Positions 1 to 12,649 of a stretch of 64,000 nucleotides of DNA are shown here, piece after piece. The notes beneath the pieces were generated by a model. That model did not search any database, was not told where the DNA came from, and worked only from the letters and a program-made list of their open reading frames with translations. The stretch comes from Eledone cirrhosa (lineage: Eukaryota), in contig OZ024756.1 in the NCBI GenBank assembly GCA_964016885.1, forward strand, positions 15,872,001 through 15,936,000. Reading direction: 5' to 3'. Position numbers and translations under genes: made by a program. Positions within the stretch are counted from its first letter, which is position 1; every line of letters starts with the position of its first letter.

Positions 1-147
1 TTTTGAAATGCGCATAATAAAATACATGGAACTCATTTAACCATCTTTTGATCTTATATATTATGTATACTCCAGTCCTACAAACTGTAGAGTGCTTCTT
101 ATCCGATATCTGCATTGCTTTATTGTACTACAATAAAACTCACCTCC

Positions 148-150
<3 letters not shown>
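1..150 (+). mobile_element. PLE pseudo-LTR fragment: 3' half of a hammerhead (GAAA-tgcgca-TA-ataaaat) plus tail
   Basis: Matches 9231-9288 directly and 8706-8853 as reverse complement; ends in (TA)n; cut by the window edge. Confidence 0.75.
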
Positions 151-197
<47 letters not shown>

Positions 198-252
198 TGT
201 GACTGTAAAAAAAAAAAAGAAATATATATATATATATATATACATACATACA

Positions 253-716
253 TGGAGGCGCAGGGCTTAGTGGTTAGAGCATTGGGTTTGCAATCGAAAG
301 GTTGTGAGTTCAATTCTCAGACCGGGTGATATGTTGTTTCCTTTATTTCACATTGCTCCAGTTTGCTCAGCTGTAGAAATGAGATGATAGGACTGGGGGT
401 CCCTATTATTCCACTGCAAAGTGGTCATGGACGTGCCACAGCAAAAAAGCACCCAGCCCACACTGTAAATGGAAAAAAAGCACCCAGCACTCACTGTAAA
501 TGAGGTTGCTGTTAGGAAGGGCATCCAGCCATAGAAATCAGTTCCTGTCCCACTCTTGCAAGCAGGGGAAAGCGGATGTAAAATGATGAGTAAACTGGAG
601 CAATGTGAAATAAAGTCTCTTGCTCAAGGAAACAACACATCACCCGGTCTGAGAATTGAACTCACAACCTTTCGATTGCAAGCCCAATGCTCTAACCACT
701 AAGCCATGTGCCTTCA
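253..716. mobile_element. tRNA-derived SINE family A: + copy 253-588 followed by an inverted head 588-716
   Basis: A box ggcttagtgg, B box gagttcaattc, CORE-like ccttgagcaagacac, RTE-like tail. Other copies at 7115-7490(-), 14978-15120(-), 17300-17597(-), 21050-21190(+) and 51529-51855(+). Confidence 0.85.
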
Positions 717-974
717 TACACATATATGATTGTAAAACCCCCCAGAGTTCCTGACCTACAGAGGTGATACATTGTCACATCTAGGGTAGCTTTAGTACTG
801 AAGATATAAACAAGATGGAACAAATTTTAGGGAGCTACCATCTATGCTCCCTGTTGATAATGAAGGATGATAACTGGGAATCAGAATAGGGTGGGGAAAT
901 GTTTAGAGAGCTATCGTTTATGCTTCTGGTGGCATTAAAAGGGATTCCCTCTTTGAGAGGAAGATAAACTGTAT

Positions 975-1460
975 GATGCTTGTCTACAGAATATGATATT
1001 GCTTGGTAATAATTTGTGGAGAATGTGTGAAGGTTGAGAAGAAGCAAAGCAAGCATGGACAGATGAGAAGACTGAGCTGGTACAGACATGCAATATCAAG
1101 GCATAGGTGAGTTGATATAAACTTGGCATAAAAGGAATGAGATGTAGTGTGCAGGAGAGAAGACGGTGCTGGTACAGACATGGCATAAAAGGAACGAGAT
1201 GTAGTGTCCAGGAGAGAAGACGGTGCTGGTACAGACATGGCATAAAAGGAATGAGATGTAGTGTGCAGGAGAGAAGACGGTGCTGGTACAGACATGTTTG
1301 CAAATGGAAGGAAGTTACAGCAGAAGTGGTGGGAACTGATCTCAGGATGTTGAACCTCACAAAGGAACAGAATTAGTGGAGAAATGTTGTGTGATGGAGA
1401 TGACACACCCAACCTAATATAAACATGGAAAAACGGACACAGAGATGATGTTGATGATGA
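975..1460 (+). mobile_element. Decayed RTE LINE 3' fragment with a triplicated 57-bp unit
   Basis: GIKGMRCSVQERRRCWYRH x3 matches GIRCCLLERRLRWYGH of the RTE ORF; ends in a ggaaaaacggac...(GAT)n tail. Confidence 0.75.
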
Positions 1461-1682
1461 TGAATACTAGTCAGGTTATATTCAAATCTGAATTGCTATC
1501 ACTTCCTGTCAAACAGGAAACTGTATTATTTGATGACATGACTGGCTTTACATCCTCCTAATGTTACACTTTGATCTTCCTCCCTTCTTTTCTCTCCTCC
1601 TCTCCTTCCTTCTCAAACCCACCACAGCTGTAAATAAAACTCAACACATTTATTAAACATCTTCCAGTCTTATCACCATAAA

Positions 1683-1726
<44 letters not shown>

Positions 1727-1880
1727 GCATATTTATATATTTATATATATATATAATTGGTGTGGGATGCTTAAAACGTCCATAAGCGGTAGGCCGTTTG
1801 AGCACTCGATGCTCTTACAGAGCAGAATATGATATCACATAAGAAACGGAGAATCAGTGTTGCGACAAATAAAATTTATT

Positions 1881-1977
1881 AGACATATTACAACCGTTTC
1901 TCTGGTGACCAGCTCGAGGCACGATCCATGTAATGATCGAACCAGACTCTGAAATCGCAAGGTCCTCAGATACGTCT
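1881..1977 (-). ncRNA. Type I hammerhead ribozyme motif (PLE-type, extended stem II)
   Basis: Minus strand: agacgtat-CTGAGGA-[62 nt with tctggt/accaga]-GAAA-cggttg-TA-atatgtct; 8-bp stem I with one G-U; AATAAA follows; the module is flanked by (TA)n. Confidence 0.7.
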
Positions 1978-2333
1978 CGATTCATATATATATATATATA
2001 TATGTTTATTTATTTTTATATATATATATATACTATAGAGTAAAGCATGTCCAGAGAATTATTTGATAATATATATACATCATCTCTACTCCCAATCAGC
2101 ATAATTAACCACACAAAAAATCAATTAGACCAGGCTATAAGAATAAAAGGCTCCTATGAAGAAACAGTAAATAAATATGCTACAGCACCGTCTTCGCGGC
2201 CAACCGCTATAGAATATTTACCCAACATTTCAACAGCACGTGGAAATTAATTAAATATACGGTCAACCATACATAATTAGGTAAAAATTAAAGTTAGAAA
2301 TGCTTATATACATACCAGGATTAAATCACTAAA

Positions 2334-2410
2334 TCCCGACCCATGGGTTTCGCTCACATTTTGAGATATCTTATTAGGGATAAATCTCGAGTTTAGAGCT
2401 CTTCAGGGGA
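2334..2410 (-). ncRNA. Type I hammerhead ribozyme motif, canonical GUC site
   Basis: Minus strand: tccc-CTGAAGA-gctc...gagc-GAAA-cccatggg-TC-ggga; palindromic stem III acccatgggt. Confidence 0.85.
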
Positions 2411-2427
2411 CAAACTCGCTATATGTT

Positions 2428-2462
<35 letters not shown>

Positions 2463-2516
2463 ATATATGTTTATTTATTTATATATATATGTTTAGTTAT
2501 ATATAGTGAAAGAGTG

Positions 2517-2595
2517 AAGAATAACATGGTTAACAGTACAAAAAGGGTTTTATTTACAGTATTAACAATTGCCTAATCAAATCATCGGAATAACT
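2517..2595 (-). pseudogene. Decayed copy of the 29858-30015 hammerhead module (GAAA and most of stem II lost)
   Basis: Minus strand: tatt-CCGATGA-tttgattagg-caattg-TT-aatac...aataaaaccc...aaccatgtta aligns with 29956-30008. Confidence 0.55.
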
Positions 2596-3439
2596 GAATA
2601 ATTTACACACAGTGTTTGTATTTATACTATGGAGAATTCAAATAACAACATCAATAATGAAGAAAGAAAAAGAAAAAGAAAAAGAAAAAGAAAAAGAAAA
2701 AGAAAAAGAAAAAGAAAAAATAATAATAAAGAAGTTAGAATGAAGATGATAAAAAAGTTTTAAAAATATATACGTGATAAAATATGAACATAATATGATT
2801 GTTGATAATAGTGGTTAGTGTTATAGTGGTGAGTAAGTATAAAGATGTGATGAGGGTATAAATGCTCTTAATATGAAAATAAATATTAAATATATACATA
2901 TGTATTTGTTAGAATAGGAAGAAAGAATATAATAGTAAATAAAAGATAAGATAAAATTAATAAATTAGAAATTAGGTGAGAGATGAAGAGATATAGGATA
3001 TAAGGGAAGAAGTGAGATAGCTTTAGGGAGAGAGAGTGAAAGAAAGTTTAGGAGGTTTATGATGTTGATTTAGTGATTAGTTGGTCTGTTGACAGTTAAT
3101 AATAGTGGGTTGGTATGTAGTTATTATAATAGACTCCCTGGTGGTTCAGCTTGAATTATGGGATTGTTTGCAAAGACAAAACCACTTTTATGGTATAAAT
3201 GAAGTTGTAGACTAATATTCTATTTAGGAAATCGAATGATTCTCGGCTTCAGAGTTAAGGATAATGTAAATAAATTAGTAGAACGACAATGACAGAGGTT
3301 ATTAAAATCAATAATAGTTAAATATATACATATACGCATCTATATATGTACATACATGTGCATATGCGAAAACATGTACCTACGCACATATGAACATATA
3401 CACCAAAAACACATAAAAAAAAAAAAATATACACATAAA

Positions 3440-4120
3440 TTCTGTTTAACTTTGGTCTTCTAAGCTCTATTTCGCTCGCTTCTCTGATTTGCCTAACTGT
3501 TGGGTCATTTCTATGTTTAGATATTTTAATTTCTATGTTGTCTATATTACTGTCATGTCTTTGTCTGGCATGTTCGTCTAGTACAGAACCATTTTTTTGT
3601 CCTTTTAATTCTCCGCAGTGTTGGTCTATTCTTTCTCCTATGCTTCGAGCTGTCTCACCTATGTATGCCATTGTCATGTTTCTGCAAGTACCCTCTGTAC
3701 ATCTTATGCTATAGACTACATTTCTAGTTTTACAGTTTATTTGGAGGTTCATTTTACATATAACACATTTCTTATTAGTACAGTGGGTTTTCTTAAAGGG
3801 GTATGTTTTGCTGATCAGGGATTTTATGGTAGTTCCTGGCTTTTCTACCACTTTAATCTTTAAGTGGGTCTTTCTTAGTGCCTTTCTACGTTGGTTAGCT
3901 AATTTCCCCCCAGGGGTAGCATTCACGAACATGACACTCTGGTATCTCTGGTTGTCGTACCATGAGGTGGCTTTCCTTCTCTAATGTTTAGTCCTATCTA
4001 AGCTATTCCATGATTTGCTCCTGTATAATGGGAAAATTCCTTTCATGTCCATTTTTATGAGGGTCTTATACTTCTCCGTGGCTCCTTTATATACTCTGAT
4101 TCTGTCTCTTTGGTTGTAGC
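3440..4120 (-). mobile_element. Penelope-like element remnant: Cys-rich linker and GIY-YIG endonuclease
   Basis: ORF 3318-3932: CTNKKCVIC, then NVVYSIRC...YIGETARSIGERIDQH...H...RQIREASEI...PKLN. Upstream sequence continues in frame past one stop. Confidence 0.85.
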
Positions 4121-4264
4121 CAAATATATATATTTATATATATTTTTATTTATATATATATATATTTATATAGTTTAATAAATAAACAGAAAATGAAGAG
4201 GATGTACAAATGATATTAGTTTCCCCGCTTGAGAGTGGGGGGTGGGGGACATATTTATATATAT

Positions 4265-5825
4265 TCATTTTACGTCCGTTTTTCCCTGCTGGCAAGGGTG
4301 GGACGGGTCCTATTCAGCACAGCAGCTCTGCACTTGTCACGGTCCTTCGGCATCTCCGTGAGCTTCAGCGATCTGAGGTCTGCTCTCACCACCTCCGCCC
4401 ATGTTTTTCGTGGTCTTCCTCTACTGCGTCTTTCTTCTACTGGGATTTCTTGACACTTCTTTACCCAGCGGTCATCCTTCATGTGCATCACATGCCCATA
4501 CCAACGCAGTCTTCTCTCCCACACACTACAACTTATCCCTCTTATACACAGTTTCTCTCTCAACACATCCATGCTCGGTTGTTCACGTACATTGACATTG
4601 CACATCCAACGGAGCATGCTTGCTTCATTTCTCTCCAGCTGTCGCATATTCTCTGCAGTTGTTGCCCATGTCTCACTACCATGCAGCATCACACACCTCA
4701 CATAGGCATCATGTAACCGGCCTTTCGTACGCAGGGAGAAACCCTTTGTCAGCAGAAGAAGCAGCTCCTTAAACTTCTTCCAAACCGTCCTTATTCTAGA
4801 TACTATGGCCTCGGAACACCCCTGCTCCCATGCTAATCTGATCACCTAGTTACTAGAAGCTATCAACCACTTCTATAGAACCTACCTTCATCTGAAATAT
4901 GTGTCTATAAATGCGACTTCTACTGTCAAATTTCCCTGTACATCTACTGCATACATAGTTTTCCCTACTTGTTAGTTTGCCTGCTATCCCACTACATCTC
5001 TTGTGTACCCAAGATCTGCATTGTGTACATTTTATAGAATTTATGCCAGTTCCTTTTCTACATATCGAACATGGTCATTTCCCTGAGAGAATCAGAGTTT
5101 TGTCCTCTTTTCTACTTATCAACATTTTTGTCTTAGCTAGGTTCACTCTCAGTCCTCTTAATTCCAACTGCTGTTTCCATAGCAAGAATTTATTCTCTAG
5201 CTCCTCTAATGATTCTTCTATAAGAACCAATTTGTCAGCATAGAGAAGTTCCCATAGGCAGCCAGTCTTAAACTCCTTTGTTATGGCTTGGAGGACTATA
5301 ATGAACAAGAGTGGGCTGAGGACCGGACCCTGATGTACTCCTACTTGTATCTGGAATTCTTCACTAAACTCCATTCCGACCCTGACTTTACTGACAGCAC
5401 CTCTGTACAAAGTTTTCCTCAATACCTAGTTTCCTTAGGGACCACCAGATGACAGATCGGGGTACCCTATCAAAGGCCTTCTCTAGGTAAACAAAAGCTA
5501 AGTATAGTTGCTTATTCTTCTCTAGGAACCTCTCTTGTAGCTGTCTCACTAAGAAGAGGGCATCTGTTGTACTTTTCCCAGGTATAAAACCAAACTGCAT
5601 CTCATCTAATTTGAGCCTTTCTCTAATTCGTTGCGTTAATATCCTTTCTGCCACTTTCATAACCTGATCCATCAGTTTTATGCCCTTATAATTGTTCCTC
5701 TCCAGAGCATCCCCTTTACCTTTGTAGCAATTTATGAGAATACTGCTGCACCAGTCTTTGGGTATGACACCACCATATATAGCTTGATTGATGATGTGTG
5801 CAACCAGTTTAGTGCCTATATCTTG
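4265..5825 (-). mobile_element. RTE-clade LINE, 5'-truncated and frameshifted RT
   Basis: QFGF, LEKAFDRVP, GVHQG, LLYAD and RLRWYGHV spread over three frames; homologous to 60127-62561. Confidence 0.93.
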
Positions 5826-6919
5826 CTATCAACTCTTAACATCCTGTAATGATTAGCAGAAAATATCTAAAACCTGGTTTAGTAATTCAAATGTTTATTG
5901 TAGTGGACAGATCAGAAATAGAACCAGTCACAGTGCTGTTTTCTACTTTTCACAATGTCTTGTTAATTCAAATCATATTTTGTTAGTGGACACTTCATGA
6001 AAATTTGCAGTGTTAGAGTAAAGATTTACTTTTCAAGAATGTCATGCTAATGTAGTTTGATGTGATACAAGATGTTAAGAGTTAAAAAAACATTTTGAGC
6101 TGCTGCTATTTACTGAATTAACCCTTTTGTTACCTTCAAAATGGGCAGATTTGTATGATAGAATAAGAGACAGTTTTAGGTTGGTTGGTTGGTATAAAAA
6201 ATGATAGGGGAACCTAGTCCTATCATGTTTTTGTTACAGGTCACACTTATGTAGATTTAGCTGAACTCCTACTAGCTCGCATCTCACAAGAGGTTTCTTG
6301 GGTGTTTTAATAAGGGCCTAAGCCCTAAAATGTTGTTACAGCTCGCACCTATATAGGATTAGCTGACCTATGAGCTTGCATCTCACAAGAGGTTTCTTAG
6401 GTGTTTTAATGATAGAGGCCACAGTGTTATCATAAAAATGTGAACTGAAAGATCTTGCTCAAGCACCCATTGTGCCATCCAGTGCAGGAATTGAACTTGC
6501 AACCTCATAATTATGATCCAAACTCCCTCACCATTAAACCATGTCTTGTTAAATATTGAAGAAAGAAGGAAGGGTTTGTTGTATTAGTGTAAATATAGAA
6601 TATTTTAGTTTCCTACCACGGTACTGTAGTTACTGCTATATTTTACACTCTTCCCACGCCATCGTTATTGTACTGCACAGAATATCAGTGCAGCTGCTGT
6701 GCAGCATAGGACTGCAGCTGTTTGTTGTACAGGATATTAATAGTGCAATTGTAAAAGTAGTTGAGTGCATCTGTTATAGAGTAGTGCAGTTGTACCAGAT
6801 ATCAATATTGCAGTTGACTGGTGGTGTTGCTGCACATCAATACATAATTACCATCTTTGCAGCCATTAGACTGTCACAGTTCCATAATTGAATATTTTAT
6901 CACCATTACTGCTCCATGT

Positions 6920-7690
6920 TTATAGCGTTTCCATGTGGTGTGCAACTGTAACATGTGGGAGTACATATATTTCCATGTGATGTGAAAAAGCAGCTGTAAC
7001 ATGTGGGAGTACATATATTTCCATGAGATGTGAAAAAGCAGCTGTAACATGTGGGAACACATATATTTCCATGTGGTGTGAGGAAGTGACTGTAACATGT
7101 GGGAATACATATGTCATCATCATTTCATTTTACGTCCGCTTTTCCCTGCTTGCAAGGGTGGGACGGGAACTGATTCTGGCTTGATTTCTGCAGCTGGATG
7201 CCCTTCCTAACACCAACCTCATTTACAGTGAGTGCTGTGTGCTTTTTTTCCGTGGCGCCTACACGTCCACTTGACAGTGTGGGCTGGGTGCTTTTTTGCC
7301 ATGGCACCTCCATGACAACTTTGCAGTGGAATGATATGGACCCCAGTCCTATCATCTCATTTCTACAGCTAAGTAAACTGGAGCAATGTGAAATAAAGTG
7401 TTTTGCTCAAGGAAACAACACATCACCCGGTCTGAGAATTGAACTCACAACCTTTCGATTGCAAGCCACTAAGCTATGTGCCTCCATGTCCACGTATATT
7501 AACATGTGGGAATACACATTTCCATGTGGTGTGAGAAAGTGACTGTAACATGTGGGAATGCATACACTTCCGCGTGTGTTAACATGTGGGAGTACATATA
7601 TTTCCACGTGTGAGGAGGCAACTGCAACATGTGGGAATACACATTTCCACGTGGTTTGAGAAAGTGACTGTAACATGTGGGTATACATTC
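6920..7690. repeat. ~48-bp minisatellite (gtaacatgtgggagtacatatatttccatgtg...) split by a SINE
   Basis: Units at 6920-7112 and 7495-7690. Confidence 0.8.
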
Positions 7691-8431
7691 TCTTCAAATT
7701 GGTTGATTTTCAAACTGCACAAATCTTTGAAACTGGGTGGGGTGGGGCTGTCACCCAGTGTTTGGTATTTGCTGAGTTTGTGAAACATTTGTAATGTAAC
7801 TTAGATAGGTTTCAGCCAGTATTGGCTCAGACCATGTCTAACTTAATAGCACCACCTGGCGATGTAATGGAGCTATTTTAAACATTTTAGGAGTGTTTTA
7901 AGTTGTTTAAGTATCATTTACCATATTTACACCATATGTAGTATTTGACACAAAATGTAGATTTGGTGTACAAAATTATATTTAGAAATACACAAGCAGG
8001 GCTTAATTGTTCATTAAAATAATCTCACAACCATAAAACAAGACAGATTTAACTGTTGCTAAAAAGAGTGTCTGTCTGTCTCTCTCTCTCTCTCATATGA
8101 AGTGAACAGGATATTCCTGATGATTTCATATGACTGAAAGTTCTAGTCCTGTAGAAGGTCGTTTTTCCACGCACGCACGCACGCGAGAGAGGGAGACAAT
8201 ATAGAGGCTAAGAAGACTCCTCAGTCTGGATGGCCATGTGACAAACTTTCTCGTGCTGTTGTCATGAAAAATTACACCGTGTGGTGGTGTCCGGAAGAGC
8301 ATCCATCTGTAGAAACCATGTTGATATGAGCAAGATGAGGGCTCTCTGCCGTTTTTAGTTGCAAACGATGACATGTCCAACTCATGCTAGCATGGATAGC
8401 AAATATAAAAACGATGAGATATATATATATT

Positions 8432-8668
8432 TATTTATTAAAATAACAGATTAAAGTTTAAGCAAAGAATCGCTGCTTTCACCCTTAACGGGATCTTCTG
8501 AAACTAACAAAGTCAATCTGTAAACGCAGAAGTGGATATTTCAAAAAACGTTGCTTAAACTTTAATCTGTTATTTTAATAAATATTTGCTCTACGGTTCT
8601 TATATATTTGATATATATTTATCCTTATTGAGCCCTCTTTGGATTTTAGTCTTCAAATTTATTATTAT

Positions 8669-8670
<2 letters not shown>
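8432..8670. mobile_element. Small fold-back PLE-like module (34-bp inverted arms 8432-8465 / 8551-8584 plus tail) with degenerate hammerhead
   Basis: Perfect inverted arms; minus-strand CAGAAGA-tccc-gttaa-ggg-t-GAAA at 8477-8500; flanked by (TA)n. Confidence 0.45.
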
Positions 8671-8709
<39 letters not shown>

Positions 8710-8830
8710 GGAGGTGAGTTTTATTGTAGTACAATAAAGCAATGCAGATATCGGATAAGTAGCACTCTACAGTTTGCAGGACTGGAGTATAAATATATAA
8801 GATCAAAAGATGGTTAAAAGAGTTCCAAGT

Positions 8831-8899
8831 ATTTTATTATGCGCATTTCAAAAACAAATATCATCATGAGATGACATTTGTGTTTTCATCAGATAAAAT
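8831..8899 (-). ncRNA. Type I hammerhead ribozyme motif
   Basis: attttat-CTGATGA-aaacacaaatgtcatc tcat gatgatatttgttttt-GAAA-tgcgca-TA-ataaaat; perfect 7-bp stem I. Confidence 0.88.
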
Positions 8900-9184
8900 A
8901 GGGAGACATGATATGAAGCTTAAAAAACACTTGTGAATAGTGCAGTTTTAAATCAACATATGAAAAGTAATCTCTCTCTTTCTATCACCCATCTCTCCTT
9001 CTATCTCATCCTTCCTTATTATACTCCTCCCCCACCATTCTTTACTCTCATCTCCTCCTCTTTTTCACCCCCCCCCCTCATTTTTTTCCCAATATCACAC
9101 ATCAATCTTAAATCAACATATCATATGTTGATTTAAAACTTCACTATTCACAAGTGTTTTTTAACCTTCATATCATGTCTCCCT

Positions 9185-9253
9185 ATTTTATCTGACGAAA
9201 ACGCAAATGTCATCTCATGATGATATTTGTTTTTGAAATGCGCATAATAAAAT
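9185..9253 (+). ncRNA. Type I hammerhead ribozyme motif (sense to the PTP gene)
   Basis: attttat-CTGACGA-stem II-GAAA-tgcgca-TA|ataaaat; predicted cleavage after 9246. Confidence 0.88.
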
Positions 9254-9284
9254 ACATGGAACTCTTTTAACCATCTTTTGATCT

Positions 9285-9350
<66 letters not shown>

Positions 9351-9354
9351 ATAT

Positions 9355-9650
9355 CAGTGGCGAAGGGTAACCTGGAAAGCAAGGCATGCAGTCCAATCGC
9401 CATGGCGGAAAGTGAGGCTGTGCAGCCTTACCCCCCCCCCCCCCTACCAATTCCCCCTAAATAACCCTCCCGGTCAAAGCCACGTGTAGTGTTATCTAGT
9501 GTGTATGTGTGTGTGTGTGTTATCTTTTTTGTGTCTATACGATTTAGTAAGCAGCCAAAATTCTGCTTGCTTCAACCGACGCAATTGATCAACTCAAGAT
9601 TCTATAACGCATGCACTGCATGCATTGCATGCACGGACCCTTCGCCCCTG
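9355..9650. mobile_element. hAT-like MITE inserted in (TA)n
   Basis: TIRs cagtggcgaaggg / cccttcgcccctg; second copy in reverse at 44547-44796. Confidence 0.75.
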
Positions 9651-9657
9651 CTATATA

Positions 9658-9693
<36 letters not shown>

Positions 9694-9972
9694 CAGTGTG
9701 TAACTGAAACTGCACCAACATATATAACCCTTTGACACTGCATCCTTTAAGGCCTCCATGCTTCCCGAGATCCGCCAACAGAACAGCTAACACATACACA
9801 CATGTACTTCCCTGACATTTGTGTATTATTCTATGTGCTATATTGACGAGTTGTAGTGCACCTGAGCACTTTACACAATAATTTCATTATTATTATTATT
9901 ATTATATATATATATACACATATATATATATACACACATATGCATATATATATATATATATATACACACACA

Positions 9973-10907
9973 TAAACATTTACATTACTCTATATTTACT
10001 TTTGTATTTTCACTGTAAAGGTTTTACCTCGCATAATATCAAATCTATGAGATTTTGATATTATTTATTTTGAGAACAAACCTTAACATCAGTATGAGCA
10101 GCCAGTTTGAACAGAAAGAGGTGAGAGAATTCTAGCCGGATACGGCCAGTTTAAATGCTTAAAAGGTTAAATATATACATATATTTAAGATGTAGGCATG
10201 TAAACATGCCAGAAAATAGGAATTTCCCTTTAAATTAAAAAAAAAAAAATGTATATATAATGTTTTGTTTTTTCTTGTAGATGATCACAGTCGTATAATT
10301 TTAGATGTCAACAATGGTTGTGGTGATTATATCAATGCTAATCTCATTGAAATTAGTAATGCAAACCGGAGGTATATCCTCACACAAGTAAGACATTTCT
10401 CTTTACATTCAGTATGTTTAACCATTTACATTACTCTATATACTATTATATTTTCATGGTAAAGGCTTTATCTCACATAATTACCTCACATAATATTGAA
10501 TCTATGAGATTTTGATATTATTTATTTTGAGAACAATACCTCAACATCGGTATGAGTGGCCAGTTTGTACAGAAAGAGGTGAGAGAATTCTGGCCAGATA
10601 TGGCCAGTTTAAATGCTATAGGGTTAAACTGGAGGTTTATCCTCACACAGTTAAGACTTTTCTCTCTATATTTAGTATGTTTAACCCTTTAGCATTTAAA
10701 CCGGCCATATCTCGCTAGAATTCTCTCACATCTTTCTGTTCAAACTGGCCATAACCAGCCACTCATACTGGCATTGCAGTATTGTTCTCAAAATAAATAT
10801 CATCATCAAAATCTCGTAGATTCAGTATTACTATTTTATGTGAGATAAAGCCTTTACCTGAAAAATACAATAGTAAATGTAGAGTAATGTAAATGCTAAA
10901 GGATTAA
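9973..10907. mobile_element. Three piggyBac-like (TTAA) MITEs around exon A: 9973-10170, 10418-10627, 10681-10907
   Basis: TIR ttaaccctttagcattta / taaatgctaaagggttaa; about 215 bp; the third copy is inverted relative to the first two. Confidence 0.8.
10281..10387 (+). CDS. PTPN2: PTP1B/TC-PTP-like phosphatase, internal exon A (xDHSRIILDVNNGCGDYINANLIEISNANRRYILTQ)
   Basis: ttcttgtag|AT acceptor and CAA|gtaaga donor. DHSR, DYINA and YILTQ motifs match the PTP1B/TC-PTP catalytic domain. The symbol is approximate: probably an invertebrate co-ortholog of PTPN1/PTPN2 (Ptp61F-like). Confidence 0.93.
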
Positions 10908-11291
10908 ACTGGAGGTTTATACTCACGCAGGTAAGATTTATTTCTCCCTACAATCAGTGTGTTTTCAAGGTTTTAACTCTGGCAAACTGGAAGTATATCC
11001 TCACACGGGTAATACTATTTCTCTCTACATTCAGTGTTTACAAGGTTTGATTCCAAACTACCTGAAACCAACCTTGCTTATTGAATACACTGTTTAAATT
11101 TATCTAAAAACTTTCCATAATAATTTTATGTGAGAACCTTTTTTTAAGTTATTTTTTAGGCAAGTTTTATAATGAGAAACTTATATTAAGAAATTCTTTC
11201 GAATTCTTGATTATTTTAGAAATTATTTGAAAATCCCACTGAGGTCAACTTTGCTTTTCATCCTTCTAAGAGCATTTAAGTAAAACACCTG

Positions 11292-11690
11292 AAAAGTACT
11301 GGGGGTAAATTTGACTTTCCTCTCCCCTTAAAATTGTTGGGTTTGTTGTGCTGTAAAGTAGTTTGTTGTGCTGTAAAGTACTGGGGTAGATTTGACTTTC
11401 CTCGCCTCTTGGGTTTGTTGTGCTGTAAAGTAGTTTGTTGTGCTGTAAAGTACTGGGGTAGATTTGACTTTCCTCGCCTCTTGAAATTGTTGAGTTTGTT
11501 GTGCTGTAAAGTACTGGGGTAGATTTGACTTTCTCTCTTCTCAAAATTGTTGGGTTTGTTGTGCTGTAAAGTACTTGGGGTAAATTTGACTTTCCTCTCC
11601 CCTTAAAATTGTTGGGTTTGTTGTGCTGTAAAGTACTGGGGTAGATTTGACTTTCTCTCCTCTCAAAATTGTTGGGTTTGTTGTGCCTAT
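11292..11690. repeat. ~60-bp minisatellite derived from the SINE B 3' part
   Basis: aaagtactggggtagatttgactttcc...aaattgttgggtttgttgtgctgt, about 6 copies, following a SINE B fragment at 11234-11267. Confidence 0.8.
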
Positions 11691-11735
11691 ATTGGAAACA
11701 TCTGATCTGATTGATATATTGTTTTCGTTTTTTAG

Positions 11736-11834
11736 GGTCCTTTGGAAAACACAGTTGGCCAATTTTGGCAGATGGTCTGGGAACAGAAGACAATGGGGAT
11801 TGTGATGCTCAATAGAATTATAGAGAAAGGAACT
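11736..11834 (+). CDS. PTPN2: PTP exon B ([33 protein letters not shown])
   Basis: tttttag|GGT and ACT|gtaagt; 99 nt, phase 0-0; continues TQ|GP; FWxMVWEQ and VMLN motifs. Not in the ORF track. Confidence 0.95.
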
Positions 11835-11995
11835 GTAAGTATTTTATATTGGTTATATTGGTTTTTATATTTGGTTTGATTTCTTTGGAAGATAGGGTGG
11901 GGTGGGGTTGGGGGTTAGTCTCTTTGAAAGATCATGGTGGGGTGGGGAGTGTTGTCTTGATATTGGATTGCTTTGTATTTTTTTTTCTACTTTGA

Positions 11996-12603
11996 TCATC
12001 ATCATGGTCATCATCATAACCATCACTGTCATCATCATCATCATAGCCATCACTGTCATCATCATCATCATAGCCATCACTGTCATCATCATTATCATAG
12101 CCATCACTGTCATCATCATAGCCATCACTGTCATCATCATAGCCATCACTATCATCATAGCCATCACCATCATCACCATCATCATACCCATCACTATCAT
12201 CACCATCATCATAGCCATCACTATCATCACCATCATAGCCATCACTATCATCATAGCCATCACCATCATCATAGCCATCACCATCATCATAGCCATCACT
12301 ATCATCACTATCATCATAGCCATCACTATCATCACCATCATACCCATCACTATCATCACCATCATCATAGCCATCACTATCATCATAGCCATCACTATCA
12401 TCACCATCATAGCCATCACTATCATCACCATCATCATAGCCATCACTATCATCACCATCATCATAGCCATCACTATCATCACCATCATCATAGCCATCAC
12501 CATCATCATAGCCATCACCATCATCACCATCATCATACCCATCACTATCATCATAGCCATCACTATCATCACCATCATCACCATCATCATAGCCATCACC
12601 ATC
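11996..12603. repeat. Compound (CAT/CAC)n trinucleotide array
   Basis: catcatagccatcact units fill most of intron B-C. Confidence 0.95.
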
Positions 12604-12649
12604 GTCTCCTATAAAACCTTATGTTCTTCCCCTTCTCTTCATCCACCAG

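Larger units (their letters stand above)
8706..9289. mobile_element. Fold-back PLE pseudo-LTR pair (arms ~8796-8963 and ~9121-9289) with a hammerhead in each arm
   Basis: About 168-bp near-identical inverted arms; the left arm has a ~90-nt extra tail; (TA)n on both sides. Confidence 0.85.

Noticed and set aside
253-330. tRNA gene
   Set aside because: The A/B boxes belong to multi-copy SINE heads; no complete cloverleaf.
1-10280. Upstream PTP exons (start codon, KNRYRDV motif)
   Set aside because: Not found by eye; presumed to lie 5' of the window.
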